IMG/VR virus record: IMGVR_UViG_3300044613_002638
Coordinates: 32,001-96,000 of that record
Reading direction: 5' to 3' (one strand)
Origin: a virus
DNA length: 64,000 nucleotides
Shown: positions 60,650 to 64,000 of the stretch, one piece after another
Layout: the number at the start of each line of letters is the position of its first letter
Position numbering within the stretch: position 1 is the stretch's first letter
The notes under the pieces: model-generated
The model's input: the letters and a program-made list of their open reading frames with translations, nothing else
The model's database searches: none
What the model was told of the DNA's origin: nothing
Position numbers and translations under genes: made by a program

Positions 60650-61309
60650 ATGATTATAGGCATCACAGGATTTATTTCAAGTGGCAAGGACACCGTAGCC
60701 AATTATCTAGTGGCAAAACACGGATTTGTAAGAGATAGCTTTGCAGGAACTCTTAAAGACGCTGTAGCTAAAGTATTTGGATGGGACAGAGAGCTGCTAG
60801 AAGGTTTGACCCCCGAAGCTAGAGAATGGCGAGAACAAGTTGATCCATGGTGGAGCAAACGTCTGAACATGCCCCGACTTACTCCAAGATTAATGCTCCA
60901 ACTATGGGGCACTGAAGTCTGTAGGAGCGGATTTCATGATGACATATGGATAGCCAGCTTAGAAAACAGGTTGCGTAAAACCACTGAAGACATTGTAATT
61001 AGTGATGTAAGATTCCCTAACGAAATAGCAGCAATAAGAAAACACGGTGGCATATGTATATGGGTAAAACGAGGCCCACTACCAGAGTGGTATGAGTGTG
61101 CATTACGAGAAAATACTACCCGTGAAGATAGGCAATGGCTGTTAGAGGATGCAGGGCAATTAATGCCGCAACGTTACCCTCTAGTGCATGCTAGTGAATG
61201 GGCTTGGATTGGGCAGACTTTTAACTACGAAATAGAAAATAACGGCTCAATCGAGGAACTATATCTAAAAGTCAATAATCTGCTACTAGCGGACTCTCAC
61301 GCCAGGTAG
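60650..61309 (+). CDS. Deoxynucleoside monophosphate kinase (T4 gp1-like)
   Basis: 'IIGITGFISSGKDT', 'RLMLQLWGTEVCR' and 'ISDVRFPNE'. Confidence 0.88.
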   Translation: MIIGITGFISSGKDTVANYLVAKHGFVRDSFAGTLKDAVAKVFGWDRELLEGLTPEAREWREQVDPWWSKRLNMPRLTPRLMLQLWGTEVCRSGFHDDIWIASLENRLRKTTEDIVISDVRFPNEIAAIRKHGGICIWVKRGPLPEWYECALRENTTREDRQWLLEDAGQLMPQRYPLVHASEWAWIGQTFNYEIENNGSIEELYLKVNNLLLADSHAR

Positions 61310-61616
61310 TCTTAGTAAGATTTAGTTCTATTCTACAATTGGCGCAAATACTTCGCAAATTTAACCAATTGTTATTTTTTAAATTACCGTCAATATAAAA
61401 TACAAATATTTGATTTGAGATTTTAGCACTAAAGTTACATCTTTCACAAACCAACTTTTTTTTATATCCGGTTTTAGTCCACCCTGGTTGTTCTTTAGTT
61501 CGTTTGGTTTTTCTAGCACAACTAGCACAAATTTTTCTGTAATAAATTTTATTACCGGCTTTATAATTTACAGCGGCAAAATTTCCTTTACAAATAGTAC
61601 ATAGAGGTCTAAGCAT
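61272..61616 (-). CDS. Zinc-finger protein with a degenerate HNH fold
   Basis: Four CxxC pairs; 'VFYIDGNLKNNNWLNL...CANC' lacks the usual His residues. Confidence 0.65.
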   Translation of the reverse strand: MLRPLCTICKGNFAAVNYKAGNKIYYRKICASCARKTKRTKEQPGWTKTGYKKKLVCERCNFSAKISNQIFVFYIDGNLKNNNWLNLRSICANCRIELNLTKTTWRESPLVADY

Positions 61617-61718
61617 ACTAGGTATTTATATGTAAAACCTTTCAAAGGCACCTTATATCTGGTTAAAATAATATCCTTTTAATAAATACTTGAAAATGTT
61701 TTGTTAAAGGAAAAAAAC

Positions 61719-64000
61719 ATGGCACTAGTATCTCCAGGTTTAGAAATTACCGTTACCGACGAAAGTCAATATGTTCCAGGCGCTGTAGGAACAGTTCCCT
61801 TAATTATTATGGCTACCGCTCAGGATAAGTCTAATCCATCAGGTGGATCCGCTACGGATACTACCGCAGCTAGAGCAGGTAAATTGTTGTCATATTCAAG
61901 TCAACGTGAATTGATAGCATCTATGGGTTATCCAAGCTTTAAACAAAGCGCGGCAGGAACTCCGCTACATGGCGATGAAAGAAATGAATATGGATTAATG
62001 ACAGCCTACAATGTGTTAGGTAATGTCAATAGAATTTATGCTATCCGTGCAGATGTAGATTTGGATGCATTAGAAGCTACAACTGTAAGACCTGTTGGCT
62101 CTGTTGCTGATGGAACTCATTGGATGGATCTTACTGAAAGTGTTTGGGGTATTAACGAATGGGATGCAATTAATAGTGTATTCACATTGAAGACACCTTT
62201 GTTGATTACAACGACCACTAATCAGACATTATCAGGTGGCATTTATGTTCCTAACAGCAGTGTTGGACAAATTGGTAGTTATGCAGTGTCGTTTGGTACT
62301 GGTAGTAATGCAATTTTGTTCTATAAAAATAGAAACAATACCTGGGTAAGGATTGGAACAGATGCGTGGGCTCAGAGTTGGCCAACAATTAAAGGCACAG
62401 TGACATTTGCAACAAGTGCCACTACAGCTATTCCAGCTAGCACTCCGGCTGCTGCACTGACAATTAACGGAACAGTTGTAACCGTTGGTAATACAGGTTC
62501 GCCAAGAACTATTGCACAAGTGGTTGCTGCAATAAATGGTGCTGGTATTACCGGTGTTTCTGCAGCCTATATTGAAAGTAAATTAGAAATTTATGCCACT
62601 GACAGTGCTGCCAGCGACGGTGTTACAGCCGACGGCGAAATAACAATATCTAATTCAGCAGGCACTCCAATGGCCAGTTTAGGATTAGGCACTTCTGGTA
62701 ATACATATGCAAATCCTTTATTAACTTTTGGAACTTTTGCCGGCATTCCAAATTGGCGTAGTACAGATACTGTACCACGTCCAAGCGGTAGTATCTTTAT
62801 GAAACTTGGTGCCACTGGTAGTGGAGCAGATATAGTTATTAAAAAGTATAGTAGCACTTCTTCGTCGTTCTCGGCTTTAGCTGCACCATTTTACAATAGA
62901 GCCGAAGATGCACTTTTTGGTTTAGATCCAGCTGGCGGCGGCAATGGTATAGTTGCTGGTACAATTTGGATAGCATGGGATCCGTTACGTGATGATACAA
63001 ACGGTTTTAAACCTTTCCGTAGAAGAGTAACAGGAGCAACATCCGTAAGCGGAAGTATACTTGGTGCTAACCCATTTACAAACGGCGAACAAATCAAAAT
63101 TGGTGTAACATCAATCGGAACTGATACAATTACAGAATATACTATTACTCTTACAGGAACGACACCTACAAGTTTTGTATCTGATATATTAGCAGTAGAT
63201 ATTCCAGAATTAAATGTAAGTGTAACAAACAACATTATTACGTTCACGCACATTTATGGCGGAGACATTTATCTAACTGATGTTAGTGGTACTCCTACTG
63301 CCGATGCAGGATTTACAAGTAATACAACTGGTACAATTGCATATGGTTCAGTTTTAGCGTTAACTAATTGGCAATCACTGACCTACACTTACAGCACTAC
63401 AGAACCATACCAGGCACCCGATGATGGTACTCTATGGTATTACAGCGACCCTGCTAGCGTTGATATTATGATCAATGACATTGGCGGATGGAGAGGTTAT
63501 AGAAGTTCTTACTGGTCAGGTAAAACTGATGCAAGAGGTTATGAACTAGAAAATACTGATCCAGAAGGCGTGATTGTTAGTGCTAGCCAACCAGAATATC
63601 AAAGCGATGGTGTTACTGCTCTTGTAGCAGGAGATCTTTGGTTAGATAGTGGAGATTTAGAAAATTATCCAGTTATATATCGTTATGATGGCACAGAATG
63701 GGTATTAATTGATAATACAGATCAAGTTGGCCAAAATGGTATTTTGTTTGCTGATGCACGTTGGGATACTGATGGCACAACAGATATTATTACAGGGTCA
63801 TTGCCAGCTATTACAGATTTATTGGCCAGTGACTACATTGACCAAGATGCGCCGGACTACAGATTATATCCGCGAGGAATGTTATTGTTTAATCTAAGAC
63901 GTAGCGGGTATAATGTTAAACAGTTTGTGAGTAACAAATTTAATGCTCAAGCCTATCCTGAATTGCCAACTGTACCTGGTGCCGGCGGATCGTTACCTAC
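61719..64000 (+). CDS. gp18: Tail sheath protein (3'-truncated, absent from the ORF track)
   Basis: MALVSPGLEITVTDESQY... N-terminus typical of contractile sheaths; RBS aaagga and TAAATA at 61683; appears open to the window end. Confidence 0.8.
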   Translation, partial: MALVSPGLEITVTDESQYVPGAVGTVPLIIMATAQDKSNPSGGSATDTTAARAGKLLSYSSQRELIASMGYPSFKQSAAGTPLHGDERNEYGLMTAYNVLGNVNRIYAIRADVDLDALEATTVRPVGSVADGTHWMDLTESVWGINEWDAINSVFTLKTPLLITTTTNQTLSGGIYVPNSSVGQIGSYAVSFGTGSNAILFYKNRNNTWVRIGTDAWAQSWPTIKGTVTFATSATTAIPASTPAAALTINGTVVTVGNTGSPRTIAQVVAAINGAGITGVSAAYIESKLEIYATDSAASDGVTADGEITISNSAGTPMASLGLGTSGNTYANPLLTFGTFAGIPNWRSTDTVPRPSGSIFMKLGATGSGADIVIKKYSSTSSSFSALAAPFYNRAEDALFGLDPAGGGNGIVAGTIWIAWDPLRDDTNGFKPFRRRVTGATSVSGSILGANPFTNGEQIKIGVTSIGTDTITEYTITLTGTTPTSFVSDILAVDIPELNVSVTNNIITFTHIYGGDIYLTDVSGTPTADAGFTSNTTGTIAYGSVLALTNWQSLTYTYSTTEPYQAPDDGTLWYYSDPASVDIMINDIGGWRGYRSSYWSGKTDARGYELENTDPEGVIVSASQPEYQSDGVTALVAGDLWLDSGDLENYPVIYRYDGTEWVLIDNTDQVGQNGILFADARWDTDGTTDIITGSLPAITDLLASDYIDQDAPDYRLYPRGMLLFNLRRSGYNVKQFVSNKFNAQAYPELPTVPGAGGSLP

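Noticed and set aside
1-64000. Stop-codon reassignment or tRNA genes
   Set aside because: Core genes are full length in the standard code, TAA, TAG and TGA all end genes, and no cloverleaf was recognised.

Overview
This window is part of a large, AT-rich T4-like myovirus genome read in the standard genetic code. It opens with the gp55-like late sigma factor (5'-truncated) and the gp47/gp46 nuclease pair, which are interleaved with radical SAM, methyltransferase and SDR genes. Next come a GIY-YIG nuclease and a ~400-nt, densely structured, pseudoknotted non-coding region. A gp26-like hub/tail chaperone follows; it carries a complete -1 frameshift signal into an unannotated gp51-like frame. Then come the tape measure, portal, scaffold, protease and major capsid genes. 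About 30 kb of fibre/adhesin genes follow, including a tandem array of repeated adhesin cassettes. After them is an AT-rich modification island (2 radical SAM/SPASM, NeuA, NeuB, a Maf-like transferase, a sulfotransferase and an Fe/2OG enzyme with an HxA motif). The window ends with neck and tail-completion genes, a dNMP kinase and the 5' part of the tail sheath. Top leads: the nuclease-adjacent structured RNA, the frameshift, the adhesin cassette array and a possible virion glycosylation pathway. All product calls come from motif recognition by eye; no database search was run.
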